Shown here: positions 8,807 to 17,688 of the stretch, one piece after another | Position numbering within the stretch: position 1 is the first letter of the stretch | Layout: every line of letters begins with the position of its first letter | IMG/VR virus record: IMGVR_UViG_3300044729_003129 | Coordinates: 64,001-128,000 of that record | Reading direction: 5' to 3' (one strand) | From: a virus | DNA length: 64,000 nt | Program-made: the position numbers and the translations under genes | The notes under the pieces: generated by a model | What the model saw: the letters and a program-made list of their open reading frames with translations, nothing else | What the model was told of the DNA's origin: nothing | Databases searched by the model: none

Positions 8807-8860
8807 ATTATAGCATAAAACCCACAGAAAGTACACAACTTTTTTCATAAAAGTGAAAAA
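8807..8860 (-). promoter_or_regulatory. early promoter with A/T-tract UP element
   Basis: GTGTACT-N17-TATAAT preceded by TTTTTTCACTTTTATGAAAAAA. Confidence 0.7.
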
Positions 8861-8933
8861 AGGTCCCGGACAGTGTCCCCGTATAGAGAAACCGATCATC
8901 TAGAGGCCTCCCGGAGGTCAAAAATGTGAGAAT

Positions 8934-9875
8934 TTACAATGTTTGGGAGGCAAATTCTATGGCCCGGGAGGCCTCCAGTTCCATTGGACGGGATTTGTAC
9001 CATCCTCCAGTCTCGAGATCTATTTCTTTGCAAAGGGTTGCAACTTCAACTGGGGTAATAGGATAGCCTCGCTTCATTGCATTAGAAGAGATGTTGATCA
9101 TTATTTTGTACATTTGTGTGTACCACCCAGAATGTTGGATGTTGCGATAATCAGACACCATATTTTTATTTACGAAAGGACAGTCATGATATGACTTCCA
9201 TGTATATGAAGTATTTGTAAGCGATTCACGCCGGTGTTCTATGACTTTTAAACGTATGTGTTCTGGTAGTTTATCAAAAAATGTCGCCGCAGTCTCTTTA
9301 GCAACATAAGGATGTTTTTCCATCAATGCATATGGATCCAACAATGGAGCGTCATGGTGTGAGAATATAAAGCAGTGACTGTTAGGATAGCGAGCAGGCA
9401 CATAATACATACGAGACAGGTCCTTGGTTTGTGGATCTCCCAATGAGTTGTATTCTGTGTTTAGTGCATACCAAAAATGTTTTATGTTTTCTGCTGGCAC
9501 TTCGCATGTGAGTGGAAATACAACTCGAAACTTTGGCTTTTCAGGCGTACTGCTTGCAGAAGAATAACAGATGAAACGTGCGTTTTTAAACCCAACTATA
9601 GCATCTTCAAATGAACCACTATAGTCATCAACATCAAGTGCAGCCCACCCGCCCCATGAAATTACATTCACATTTTTGCGCGTTTCATTTTCAACAAAGC
9701 GAGCAGGACTTATAAGTGGAGAGCCTGTACGAAACTCTCCCTTTTTAGGTTTATACCCTGGTTGTTCACTAAGTTTATACAACAACTTTTCAAAGGCATC
9801 GACACTATCAAACGTCATTCGACGATGTGTCTTGTTGTCAAAGATAGAAGTGAATATCGTAAGACTGTATTGCAT
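8934..9875 (-). CDS. archaeo-eukaryotic primase (PrimPol)-like protein
   Basis: AALDVDD (DxD), YSSASS...KPKFRVVFPL, DPQTKDLSRMYYVP motifs; helical C-terminal domain. Confidence 0.65.
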   Translation of the reverse strand: MQYSLTIFTSIFDNKTHRRMTFDSVDAFEKLLYKLSEQPGYKPKKGEFRTGSPLISPARFVENETRKNVNVISWGGWAALDVDDYSGSFEDAIVGFKNARFICYSSASSTPEKPKFRVVFPLTCEVPAENIKHFWYALNTEYNSLGDPQTKDLSRMYYVPARYPNSHCFIFSHHDAPLLDPYALMEKHPYVAKETAATFFDKLPEHIRLKVIEHRRESLTNTSYTWKSYHDCPFVNKNMVSDYRNIQHSGWYTQMYKIMINISSNAMKRGYPITPVEVATLCKEIDLETGGWYKSRPMELEASRAIEFASQTL

Positions 9876-9884
9876 TCGAAGACT

Positions 9885-9913
9885 ATTCTAATCTATTCTA
9901 AATAGAATGTAAA
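9885..9913 (-). promoter_or_regulatory. early promoter
   Basis: TTTACA-N17-TAGAAT. Confidence 0.6.
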
Positions 9914-9918
9914 TGATT

Positions 9919-10347
9919 TTATAAACTACTTAATTTGCCATGATTGCCTGCATGAGATGGTGGTTTCCAATCGTATCCATGTGTTTCCATTGTCGGTTTT
10001 ATTAAATCTGGCAAGTTTAAAGGATTTGGTCGAGATTCTTTTACTCCAACCTCTTTGTTCATATTTGCTGTATGCACCGCACTCCATGCTGTATAGGCAT
10101 TAACTCCAAATGCGTCTAATGTGCCTATTGCAACGACACACAGATCAATTAGTCCGTCAACAACTTCTTCGGCGTCTATTTGTTCACTGGTTGCTGCAGT
10201 CTTAGTTTCATTAAGCTCTTCTTCAAGAAAACTCAAACGAAACTGTAGAAACTGTCTAAGTTTTTCCGCGTCAAAGTTTTCAATTGCCTTATGCACTCCA
10301 TACTTTGCATGCATATCATATATGTCTTTTACCCAATTTGTACTCAT
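9919..10347 (-). CDS. MazG-like / PRA-PH-type nucleoside triphosphate pyrophosphohydrolase
   Basis: FLEEELNE...EEVVDGLIDLCVVAIG...VHTANMNK...LIKP..W.PP. Confidence 0.8.
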   Translation of the reverse strand: MSTNWVKDIYDMHAKYGVHKAIENFDAEKLRQFLQFRLSFLEEELNETKTAATSEQIDAEEVVDGLIDLCVVAIGTLDAFGVNAYTAWSAVHTANMNKEVGVKESRPNPLNLPDLIKPTMETHGYDWKPPSHAGNHGKLSSL

Positions 10348-10368
10348 AATGTATTGTATATATTTGTT

Positions 10369-12930
10369 TCAATTAAAAAAATCTTCAAGACTTGCAACTG
10401 GAATTGCTTTCCAATGAACTGCATCAAGCACCAGTTGTAGCGGATCAGAAAATGTTTTTTCAAAAAGCAAGTCACGATCGATCCAACGATCCAATTCAAA
10501 CTCGGGAGGCAGAGTGTCTAGAAAGCCTATTACGTTTTCACCAGTAGGATTGCCTTTTTTAAGATAGACGTATTTCATCTTGTCACCGCCTTTGATGAGA
10601 TGATACTTTTGTGTTAACAGCTTTTCTTTTAGCAACGAGTTGTACATAATCGCAGCACGACTATTAATGGGAGTGCCGCTCTTGTACGGAATCTTAGAGC
10701 CGTTCGCACTGACTCGTTGACTCCATTTAGCGATGTCAGACACACCACGAGGAAACGCAATCTTTTCAACTGCTTCATAATCAAACTCTTCTCTGAATCG
10801 AGCCACTTCATGTTGTATGTCAGATTCATTTTTAGTTACAAGAGTTTTAAATATCTTTTTGAAAGCTTCACGACAGATTTTAGGAGTACTGCTCTTGATA
10901 GCTTCGATGCCTTTCATAACAATCTTTGGCTCTGCATATTCAACACCTTCACTGCTAAGAACATTTAGCAGATAGCGTTTCTTAGCTGTAAAGATAGCGA
11001 CACTGCTAATCTTTTCAACCTTCATAACCATTCGATTTTTATAGGCGTTTGTCTTGATTGCTAGAGAATCGTATGCTGCACGAATTACAGGTTCAAGAGC
11101 TTCTTTTCCAAACTTTACAAGAAACGCATGAGGATCTTTGGGTGAACATTGCTTTATGACATCTGAAAGGTTGATGTAGATAGAGTCTGTATCAGAAGCT
11201 GTCACACGATCTTTAGGCTTAACATCTTTTAATGCCTTAGACAGATATTCATTTACTGCACGCTCTGCAGTATGAATAGCGAGTTGACCTGCTAGCGTGA
11301 TGCCTTCAGCTACGTCGATACTAAAATATCTCATATATGGATTTGCGATAGCACCATAGAGACTGTTTAGCAGAATCTTGAGACACATCTGACGATTGTT
11401 TGCAAGATCAATTTTGATTTGAAGATCACGATATTGTTTGCTGTTTTTATCAACAAGCTCTGCTTGCTTTTCATAGTCAAGCATGCTCTTTTTTACATCA
11501 ACACGCTGACCATAGAGTTCTTCGATAATTTCAGGAACGATGCCCTGCTTGTCTCGTCTGAATGCTGCTCCGTTTGCTGCAATAGCAAGATTGTCTTCAG
11601 GAGCCCATTCACGATCGCTGTGTAGTATCTTTTCTACTCCGTCGTGTTGCAACTCTGCAACCTTCATGTGCGGCACAATAGTCTCTGGACTCATGTTGTA
11701 TTGTACGATGAGATTTGGATAGAGACTGTTAAGGTCAAAACTCATAACCCATTCGTGACGACCGACATGAGGATCTTTAACAAATCCTCCAGCATAGTCA
11801 GTCTTAAACGAACGAGAGTTCGGAGGAATTGCTATCTTACGACTCGCTAGCTTTCTAAAGATGATGCTGTCCCAGATTGCAACCGTTCCAAGTGTATCGT
11901 TATAGTTTACACCGCCAAAGTATGCAAGTGTAAAGACAAGACTGATTAGACCGAGTTTGGACTCTAGTCTTTCAATAAGTTCAATGTCAACAATGTTATA
12001 GTCAATAAATTTTTGATAGTCACGTTCATAAAGTTCAGTAAGTGTGCCATATTCACTATAATCAATCTTGTTTTGTCCAAGTACAACTTCAGCAATAAAA
12101 TCAAGACGATAAGACTCTTGAGCGCCATAGGTATTTGCTGCAAACTTTTTAAAGAGGTCAAGATAGTCTAATTGCTGAATTCCATATAGGTTGTATAAGA
12201 AATTCTCTTTACCTTTAATCATTACAGACTTTTGTTCAACAAAATTCCATGGCGACATCTTTTTTGCAGAGTCTTGACCAAGTACACGAGAGATGCGATT
12301 GACGAGATATGGAATATCAAACAAACGAATGTTCCAACCGGTAATTACATCTGGTGTGTTTAGTGTGTCTGACCACCAAGATAAAAAATCTGTCAACAAT
12401 TCAGATTCGCTATCAAATTGTTTAAATTGTTTTTTCAAATGAGGAATACTTGACTGCGAAGGGTCATAGTTCTTTAAGCCCCAAATGATATAATAGTCGA
12501 GCCGACTGCTCTTAAGTCCAATTGCTGTTATTTCTTGATCAGCCACCGATGGCTCTGGGAAACCGTTGTCAGACTTACACTCAATGTCAAGAGAAACGAC
12601 ATCAACTTTTTTAGGGTTATACTTAATTTCATTTGGAAATTCTGCCTGAATAAAAGCAGGTATATGACGATCATTTCCATAAATTTTAAAGTTATCAATT
12701 CCTTCATAGCTCTTAATAAACGCACGGCAATCAGACATGCTCTCAAACCGCATTGGTTCAAGAGGCAACCCGTCGAGAGACCGCCACTTTGCATTGCTAT
12801 CCTTACTTTCGAGATACATTACAGGACGAAACCTGTATGTTGTATAAATCTTTTGTCCGTCTTCGTCATATCCCCTGTATAGGAGAGTATTCATCTTTCG
12901 CTCGATGCAAGTATAGAATCCATTAATCAT
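10369..12930 (-). CDS. 43: family B DNA polymerase (T4 gp43)
   Basis: LDIEC exoI, GWNIRLFDIPY exoII, SFDLNSLYP, KILLNSLYG, SDTDS, KKRY. Confidence 0.98.
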   Translation of the reverse strand: MINGFYTCIERKMNTLLYRGYDEDGQKIYTTYRFRPVMYLESKDSNAKWRSLDGLPLEPMRFESMSDCRAFIKSYEGIDNFKIYGNDRHIPAFIQAEFPNEIKYNPKKVDVVSLDIECKSDNGFPEPSVADQEITAIGLKSSRLDYYIIWGLKNYDPSQSSIPHLKKQFKQFDSESELLTDFLSWWSDTLNTPDVITGWNIRLFDIPYLVNRISRVLGQDSAKKMSPWNFVEQKSVMIKGKENFLYNLYGIQQLDYLDLFKKFAANTYGAQESYRLDFIAEVVLGQNKIDYSEYGTLTELYERDYQKFIDYNIVDIELIERLESKLGLISLVFTLAYFGGVNYNDTLGTVAIWDSIIFRKLASRKIAIPPNSRSFKTDYAGGFVKDPHVGRHEWVMSFDLNSLYPNLIVQYNMSPETIVPHMKVAELQHDGVEKILHSDREWAPEDNLAIAANGAAFRRDKQGIVPEIIEELYGQRVDVKKSMLDYEKQAELVDKNSKQYRDLQIKIDLANNRQMCLKILLNSLYGAIANPYMRYFSIDVAEGITLAGQLAIHTAERAVNEYLSKALKDVKPKDRVTASDTDSIYINLSDVIKQCSPKDPHAFLVKFGKEALEPVIRAAYDSLAIKTNAYKNRMVMKVEKISSVAIFTAKKRYLLNVLSSEGVEYAEPKIVMKGIEAIKSSTPKICREAFKKIFKTLVTKNESDIQHEVARFREEFDYEAVEKIAFPRGVSDIAKWSQRVSANGSKIPYKSGTPINSRAAIMYNSLLKEKLLTQKYHLIKGGDKMKYVYLKKGNPTGENVIGFLDTLPPEFELDRWIDRDLLFEKTFSDPLQLVLDAVHWKAIPVASLEDFFN

Positions 12931-12938
12931 GTAAGAGC

Positions 12939-12987
12939 ATTATAACATAAACCGGCAAAGATGTAAACAACAATCTTTGCCGGTTTA
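12939..12987 (-). promoter_or_regulatory. early promoter for gene 43 overlapped by a 15-bp inverted repeat
   Basis: GTTTACA-N17-TATAAT (12939-12968); arms TAAACCGGCAAAGAT 12948-12962 and ATCTTTGCCGGTTTA 12973-12987. Confidence 0.7.
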
Positions 12988-13008
12988 ATTTTATGTATTA
13001 ATTTTTAT

Positions 13009-13416
13009 TTATTTGTTTATTACAATTTTGCGAGGTTTCTTCTCTTCTGGAACCTGTTTCTCAAGCGAGATTGATAGGATTCCATTTTGTAGAGAAGCCC
13101 CACTCACGACGACATGCTCTGCCAACGTGAAGCGCCGAGTAAATTTACGTGCGCTAATACCCTTGTGGGCATACTCTCTTTCGTCTTTTTCAGACTTTTC
13201 ACCAGTGATCACTAGCGAATTTTCTACAGTTTCGATATCGAGTTCCGACTCAGCGAATCCAGCGACTGCCAACTCAATGACAAACCTATCTTCGTCGAGT
13301 TTAACCACGTTGTGGGGCGGATAAACATTCGAATTTTCTTTGTTAATCGAATCAAACTCTTGAAAGAGTTGATCAAACCCAATGCCAAATGGCCTATACG
13401 TTGTACTTATTTTCAT
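13009..13416 (-). CDS. hsp20: small heat-shock protein Hsp20
   Basis: YPPHNVVK, IELAVAGF, HKGISARKFTRRFTLAE, ASLQNGILSISL. Confidence 0.95.
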   Translation of the reverse strand: MKISTTYRPFGIGFDQLFQEFDSINKENSNVYPPHNVVKLDEDRFVIELAVAGFAESELDIETVENSLVITGEKSEKDEREYAHKGISARKFTRRFTLAEHVVVSGASLQNGILSISLEKQVPEEKKPRKIVINK

Positions 13417-13424
13417 TTTCGTTT

Positions 13425-13480
13425 CTCCTTTTTAAGCGAGTTTTATATATGTTCAGCAGACCCATTTCTGGCATCTACTG
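13425..13480 (-). promoter_or_regulatory. ROSE-like RNA thermometer in hsp20 5' UTR
   Basis: upstream GAAA-capped hairpin, then CUCGCUU pairing with SD AAGGAG with a bulged G. Confidence 0.6.
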
Positions 13481-13505
13481 GTACAACCACCATGGTTATA
13501 CAACT

Positions 13506-14420
13506 TTATTTATATTCAGGAAGTACAAATTCTTTGAAAGAAAGTAATTTTCTACTAGAAATTATTTCAAAGAATGTCTTTGCCTCTTCAGAGTTTAACT
13601 TTTTATAGTCAAACTCTACGGCAGAATATATAGGACGATAGTGAAGAGTACGTTCTTTAGCAACAAGTAAGAGCTGACCAGTAGTGACCATCTCAGCTTT
13701 TTTGATGTCTCCAGTTCGTATTGGATTCATGAATTTATCATCATTTGGTTTTTGGGACATTGCCTCGAGAAACTCATGAGGATCATTAATCGTGTTGTCG
13801 CGAAGATAATTATTTACAATTTCCCAGCGAGTCTCAGAACTCTTACGAGCTGCCTGAAGATGCGGGTCAGTTGCCTTTGCGCTATAGCCAAGCATCGTTA
13901 GATCGATGCCATGATTTGTACGAACACAATGATCTTCTTCTCGTGTTATCTCTTTAAGATTATAGACATACTTACGAGGATTTTCCTTTGTTGCATCTTC
14001 TTTTTTAACTGTAAATCCACCTTCGAGAAGATAACATTTTTCAGGGTTAAAAATAAATGTCGCTCCAGCAAGTTCTTTTTCAATTAGAAATTTTGCTGCA
14101 TCTTTAGGCTCCTGCAAACGAAGTGCATTGCGAATTGCGAGTCCGTCAGGAGAGACAATTGGAGTCTTCTTTTTATTTTTTGAAAGAACCTTTTCTCCTT
14201 CTTTCTCATCACTCTTTACGCTAAATGATGCAGAAATAATTGACAGACCATATTCGTTTACACCTTCGGTCCATCGTGTAGTTTGATCATCAATAAAGAG
14301 GCGTTGAATGCCACCACGGTTAGAGTTAACAACTTTGATTGACGTTGAGTAATTGCGGTCTCTATTTTTAGCACCGACCCAACCATATTTCTTAATGTAT
14401 TTTACTGCTACGACACACAT
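13506..14420 (-). CDS. Ntn-hydrolase-like protein (N-terminal Cys nucleophile)
   Basis: MCVVAVK start, GAKNRDR, EGVNEYGL, RTNHG, SETRW; late promoter at 14441-14448. Confidence 0.65.
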   Translation of the reverse strand: MCVVAVKYIKKYGWVGAKNRDRNYSTSIKVVNSNRGGIQRLFIDDQTTRWTEGVNEYGLSIISASFSVKSDEKEGEKVLSKNKKKTPIVSPDGLAIRNALRLQEPKDAAKFLIEKELAGATFIFNPEKCYLLEGGFTVKKEDATKENPRKYVYNLKEITREEDHCVRTNHGIDLTMLGYSAKATDPHLQAARKSSETRWEIVNNYLRDNTINDPHEFLEAMSQKPNDDKFMNPIRTGDIKKAEMVTTGQLLLVAKERTLHYRPIYSAVEFDYKKLNSEEAKTFFEIISSRKLLSFKEFVLPEYK

Positions 14421-14459
14421 ATGAGATAATTGCTATATACTATTTATAACGTGGTGTTT

Positions 14460-15146
14460 TTACCGCGATTTAACCAGCTTTCTCAAACCGTTTAACACTG
14501 ACAACGCTAATTTTCCGCTTGTAGGTCCTGGCCATGGAAAGCTTAAACCAATTACTCCGGTAACAAATAGCAATAGCATTCGTGTACCCTCTGTGCCTGC
14601 AAAAAGTGTTGATAGCGCAAAATTTCCTGAAAGCGCAGCTAGTATATCAGAAGAGTCAAAGTCATATGACAAATCACCAGTAAATGACATATTCAACCAA
14701 ATATAGAGTAGCATTCCTGCAACAGCAAAGCCTCCTATTCTTTTTATGACAGGATGTTTTTGTAGCCAGCTGTCTAGATCACGAAGTGCCTCCTCTGTCC
14801 ATCTGCCAATTTTAGTTTTTGAAACATATTCTGCGATTGCCCGCTGTATTTGGGCGTATGCTGCAAAACCAGCCTTTATTGATTTCCAAAGATTAGCTAA
14901 GTTAAAACGTAGCGCACTAAAAAACTTAAAAACCCGACTGTCTTTAAAGAGTGTTAGAGTGTCTTGCAAATTTGCTCCAGCAGTTGATGCAAGAGTCTTT
15001 ATAAAGTCTAGTTTGGCTCGTACTCCAGAGGTCAAGCCATTTAAAACGTTTTCAGTCAGCTCGGCAGTTTCAAGAAGTGACAAAGCTTCGTAGTAGTCAT
15101 GCTTTTCTTGAATTGAACAGGCGTTATACTCAACGAAGCTTTTCAT
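14460..15146 (-). CDS. membrane-associated hypothetical protein with T4 internal-protein-like N-terminus
   Basis: MKSFVEY start; hydrophobic segments IGGFAVAGMLLYIWL and MLLLFVTGVIGLSFPW. Confidence 0.6.
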   Translation of the reverse strand: MKSFVEYNACSIQEKHDYYEALSLLETAELTENVLNGLTSGVRAKLDFIKTLASTAGANLQDTLTLFKDSRVFKFFSALRFNLANLWKSIKAGFAAYAQIQRAIAEYVSKTKIGRWTEEALRDLDSWLQKHPVIKRIGGFAVAGMLLYIWLNMSFTGDLSYDFDSSDILAALSGNFALSTLFAGTEGTRMLLLFVTGVIGLSFPWPGPTSGKLALSVLNGLRKLVKSR

Positions 15147-15580
15147 ACCTTTTTCTTAACGTTGCCAATGCTATATTTTGAACGCAGGTCCCAGTTGAAT
15201 TTGTCTCTATGAGAGATAATTTTAATTTGTTTTAGACTAGTGGTATCTTTCACTTGATCTCTATTGACAATTTCAAGCAAACCCCAATCAGAAAGAAGAA
15301 TTGTAATTGTATTTCGGCGACACATGTCATCATACATAAATGTAGATGGCTTGCCGTCAAGCATAAAGAGTTCCTTAAAGTGCACAATAAAGTAGCGCCC
15401 TTGTTTATGCAAGATATGACAACTTTGAAAGAGTACATTCTCTTCTCGCTTAGAAGATACACCAATGCGAGAAAGAGTTTCTTTAATCTTTAAAAAGTCA
15501 TCAGGGTCATTCAAATATACCTCAAGCATCTGAGGCGGTGACCAATCAACGATATCTGTGGGGGAAAGTGGTACTGTCAT
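15143..15580 (-). CDS. regA: translational repressor RegA
   Basis: DDFLKIKETLSRIGV, QSCHILHKQGRYFIVHFKELF.LDG, RRNTI..LL.DWGL. Confidence 0.96.
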   Translation of the reverse strand: MTVPLSPTDIVDWSPPQMLEVYLNDPDDFLKIKETLSRIGVSSKREENVLFQSCHILHKQGRYFIVHFKELFMLDGKPSTFMYDDMCRRNTITILLSDWGLLEIVNRDQVKDTTSLKQIKIISHRDKFNWDLRSKYSIGNVKKKV

Positions 15581-15581
15581 A

Positions 15582-15609
15582 ACGATATACTATATTTATA
15601 ATATATCGT
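15582..15609 (-). promoter_or_regulatory. late promoter TATAAATA embedded in a 12-bp hairpin abutting the regA start
   Basis: minus strand ACGATATATTATAAATATAGTATATCGT then T-ATG. Confidence 0.65.
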
Positions 15610-15618
15610 GTTTACAAT

Positions 15619-15828
15619 TTACCGCCCTCTACTTTTTCTAGCAGCCTTATTTTTCTTGCGACGTTTTTCTACTCTCCCTGGAGATAAATTCTTTTTGCTA
15701 GAAGATGTTCTCCAGCCTCCTGCCATCATACGTTTAATAAACTTAGACGGATCAATCTGAAGTTTTTCAACTGGGGCGTTTGACAATACTTCTGCTTCAA
15801 TTACTTTTTCGTGTGCTTCCTCCGACAT
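15619..15828 (-). CDS. small protein with basic C-terminal tail
   Basis: ORF between gp62 and regA; KRRKKNKAARKSR. Confidence 0.55.
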   Translation of the reverse strand: MSEEAHEKVIEAEVLSNAPVEKLQIDPSKFIKRMMAGGWRTSSSKKNLSPGRVEKRRKKNKAARKSRGR

Positions 15829-16249
15829 CTCTTTTGTTTTTTAGTTGTGTTAGTTGATTTTGAGTAAACAGGCTGAATACTGCTCGCGCCTTTTCGGCGC
15901 TATAAGAGTATTCATCCATAATACATTTTATATATTCAGAGTCATCTGACTTTTTTGCCCATTTGCTAAATCGCTTACGAGGACGTATACAATGTTTTAA
16001 AAAATCATACTGCATCTTGTGCGGCAAGAATGCTCGTCTATTCATTTCATTTGCAAGTAGTATAGTATCATTAAAGTATGACAGCCCGCGATTGATTATA
16101 AACGGCACATACTGTTTATCTAGACTATCATGATCAAGGCTTTCGCTGTTATCTGCTCGCGAAGCTTCTAGTAAATTTTTACCACTTTGTCCTTCATTAA
16201 TGCTATTAATAAAGTCAAATGGCGAGAGTTTTTTATTTTCTACACCCAT
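15797..16249 (-). CDS. 62: clamp loader small subunit (T4 gp62)
   Basis: SPFDFINSIN, YVPFIINRGLSYF.DT..ANEMN, QYDFL, RKRFSKWAK. Confidence 0.93.
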   Translation of the reverse strand: MGVENKKLSPFDFINSINEGQSGKNLLEASRADNSESLDHDSLDKQYVPFIINRGLSYFNDTILLANEMNRRAFLPHKMQYDFLKHCIRPRKRFSKWAKKSDDSEYIKCIMDEYSYSAEKARAVFSLFTQNQLTQLKNKRDVGGSTRKSN

Positions 16250-17181
16250 TCAATATTCACTAGTAATTCGGTCATACATGCAACCATGTTTAGTTCTTTG
16301 TCAGCCATAAATCCTGCTTTGTAAGAATAGTCGGCAAGAATAAGAACTGCAGACGGAATAGAAGATGGAGCGACAACATCATAGAGTGAATCATAGAGTT
16401 TACGAAAAACAACTGCACTATCGAGTGTGCTATTATTTACAACCCATGATCTCATCGACTTGAAGTCTTTGCTTTTAAGGTAACGAGCCAATTCAGCAAT
16501 ACTCTGATCTGACATACCAACCAAAATAGCAGTTGGAATCTCACCACTCGTGCTGTATCGTTGACACTCATTGAGCACTCTTCTCCAGTCTGGGGCATAA
16601 CGAATGATAAGTTCAGCAAGAGTCTGCTCATGATACTTGATTCCTTCAGTCTTAAGAATAAAGATCAACCGTTTCATAAAGTCACCAGCAAGAGAAGCCA
16701 ACGACTTTTTAGTAGTATTAAATTCAATTACTGAACAGCGGCTGTGTAGTGGTTCGATAATCTTATTCTTAAAATTGCAAGTGAGGATAAAGCGACAATT
16801 GTTGCTAAACTCTTCGATAAACCCGCGAAGTGCAGGCATTGTACTCTGGGGGTTAAGATAGTCAGCCTCATCAAGAATAACTACTTTGTATCCACCAGAC
16901 AACGACACAGTAGATGCAAACTGTTTAATCTTGTTGCGAAGCACATCAATACCACTTTCTTCAGAACCATTGATCAACATATAATCAAGGTTCAAGACAT
17001 TACACAGCGCACGTGCAACAGTAGTTTTTCCAAGGCCTGCAGAGCCAGCCAATAATAGATTGGGGAGTTGACGTCCTTGCACTATTTCATTGAATGTTTT
17101 CTTTAACTCTGCGGGAAGTACACAATCATCAATCGTCTGGGGACGATACTTTTCTACCCAAAGAAATTCATCAGTTTTCAT
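16240..17181 (-). CDS. 44: clamp loader large subunit (T4 gp44)
   Basis: LWVEKYRP, GSAGLGKTT, ILDEAD, LHSRC. Confidence 0.96.
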   Translation of the reverse strand: MKTDEFLWVEKYRPQTIDDCVLPAELKKTFNEIVQGRQLPNLLLAGSAGLGKTTVARALCNVLNLDYMLINGSEESGIDVLRNKIKQFASTVSLSGGYKVVILDEADYLNPQSTMPALRGFIEEFSNNCRFILTCNFKNKIIEPLHSRCSVIEFNTTKKSLASLAGDFMKRLIFILKTEGIKYHEQTLAELIIRYAPDWRRVLNECQRYSTSGEIPTAILVGMSDQSIAELARYLKSKDFKSMRSWVVNNSTLDSAVVFRKLYDSLYDVVAPSSIPSAVLILADYSYKAGFMADKELNMVACMTELLVNIEWV

Positions 17182-17192
17182 ATGTGACTATA

Positions 17193-17447
17193 TTATACCA
17201 AAGTGATTTGTTTGTACACACTTTTAATTTCTTCTGCTTCAGTTTCAAACTGTGCTGCAGTTTTCTTATGGTATAATTTAGCAACCTTACGAATCAGCGG
17301 CTTAGGCAAATCAAAGGCATCTGCGGTTGCAGAGATAATTTCTTTGATAGCATCTCGGCTCTCGTCTATTTTAGCGAGTTCGAGAGTAATTTCGCGAATC
17401 GCTCCAAGCAATTCCTGTTTTGTTTTATCGTCTTCAATTTCAATCAT
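17193..17447 (-). CDS. dsDNA-binding protein (T4 DsbA-like)
   Basis: helical 84 aa; IKEII...FDLPKPLIRKVAKLYHK pattern. Confidence 0.55.
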   Translation of the reverse strand: MIEIEDDKTKQELLGAIREITLELAKIDESRDAIKEIISATADAFDLPKPLIRKVAKLYHKKTAAQFETEAEEIKSVYKQITLV

Positions 17448-17453
17448 AATATA

Positions 17454-17687
17454 TTATTTTTCTCCAAAGTAATGCATATATGCAATAAATCCTGCTAATG
17501 CCCAAAAACCCAACGCATAGATGAAGGTCATGATGGGACTATTGGCACGGCGCTTAGACGCCGCTACTCCTGCCATTCCTCCCTTAGGATTCATATATTG
17601 CAACCATAACAGCACGCGTCCAGGAAATGCAAATATCTCGTATAGCATTCCGCCGCCACTAGTCCCATCAAGCCTATCTTTTGACAT
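17454..17687 (-). CDS. small membrane protein
   Basis: C-terminal hydrophobic helix. Confidence 0.55.
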   Translation of the reverse strand: MSKDRLDGTSGGGMLYEIFAFPGRVLLWLQYMNPKGGMAGVAASKRRANSPIMTFIYALGFWALAGFIAYMHYFGEK

Positions 17688-17688
17688 A

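Noticed and set aside
17192-17219. Early promoter before gene 44 (GTGTACA...TATAAT)
   Set aside because: Spacer is 15 nt rather than the 16-17 seen elsewhere, and it lies in coding sequence, so it was not called
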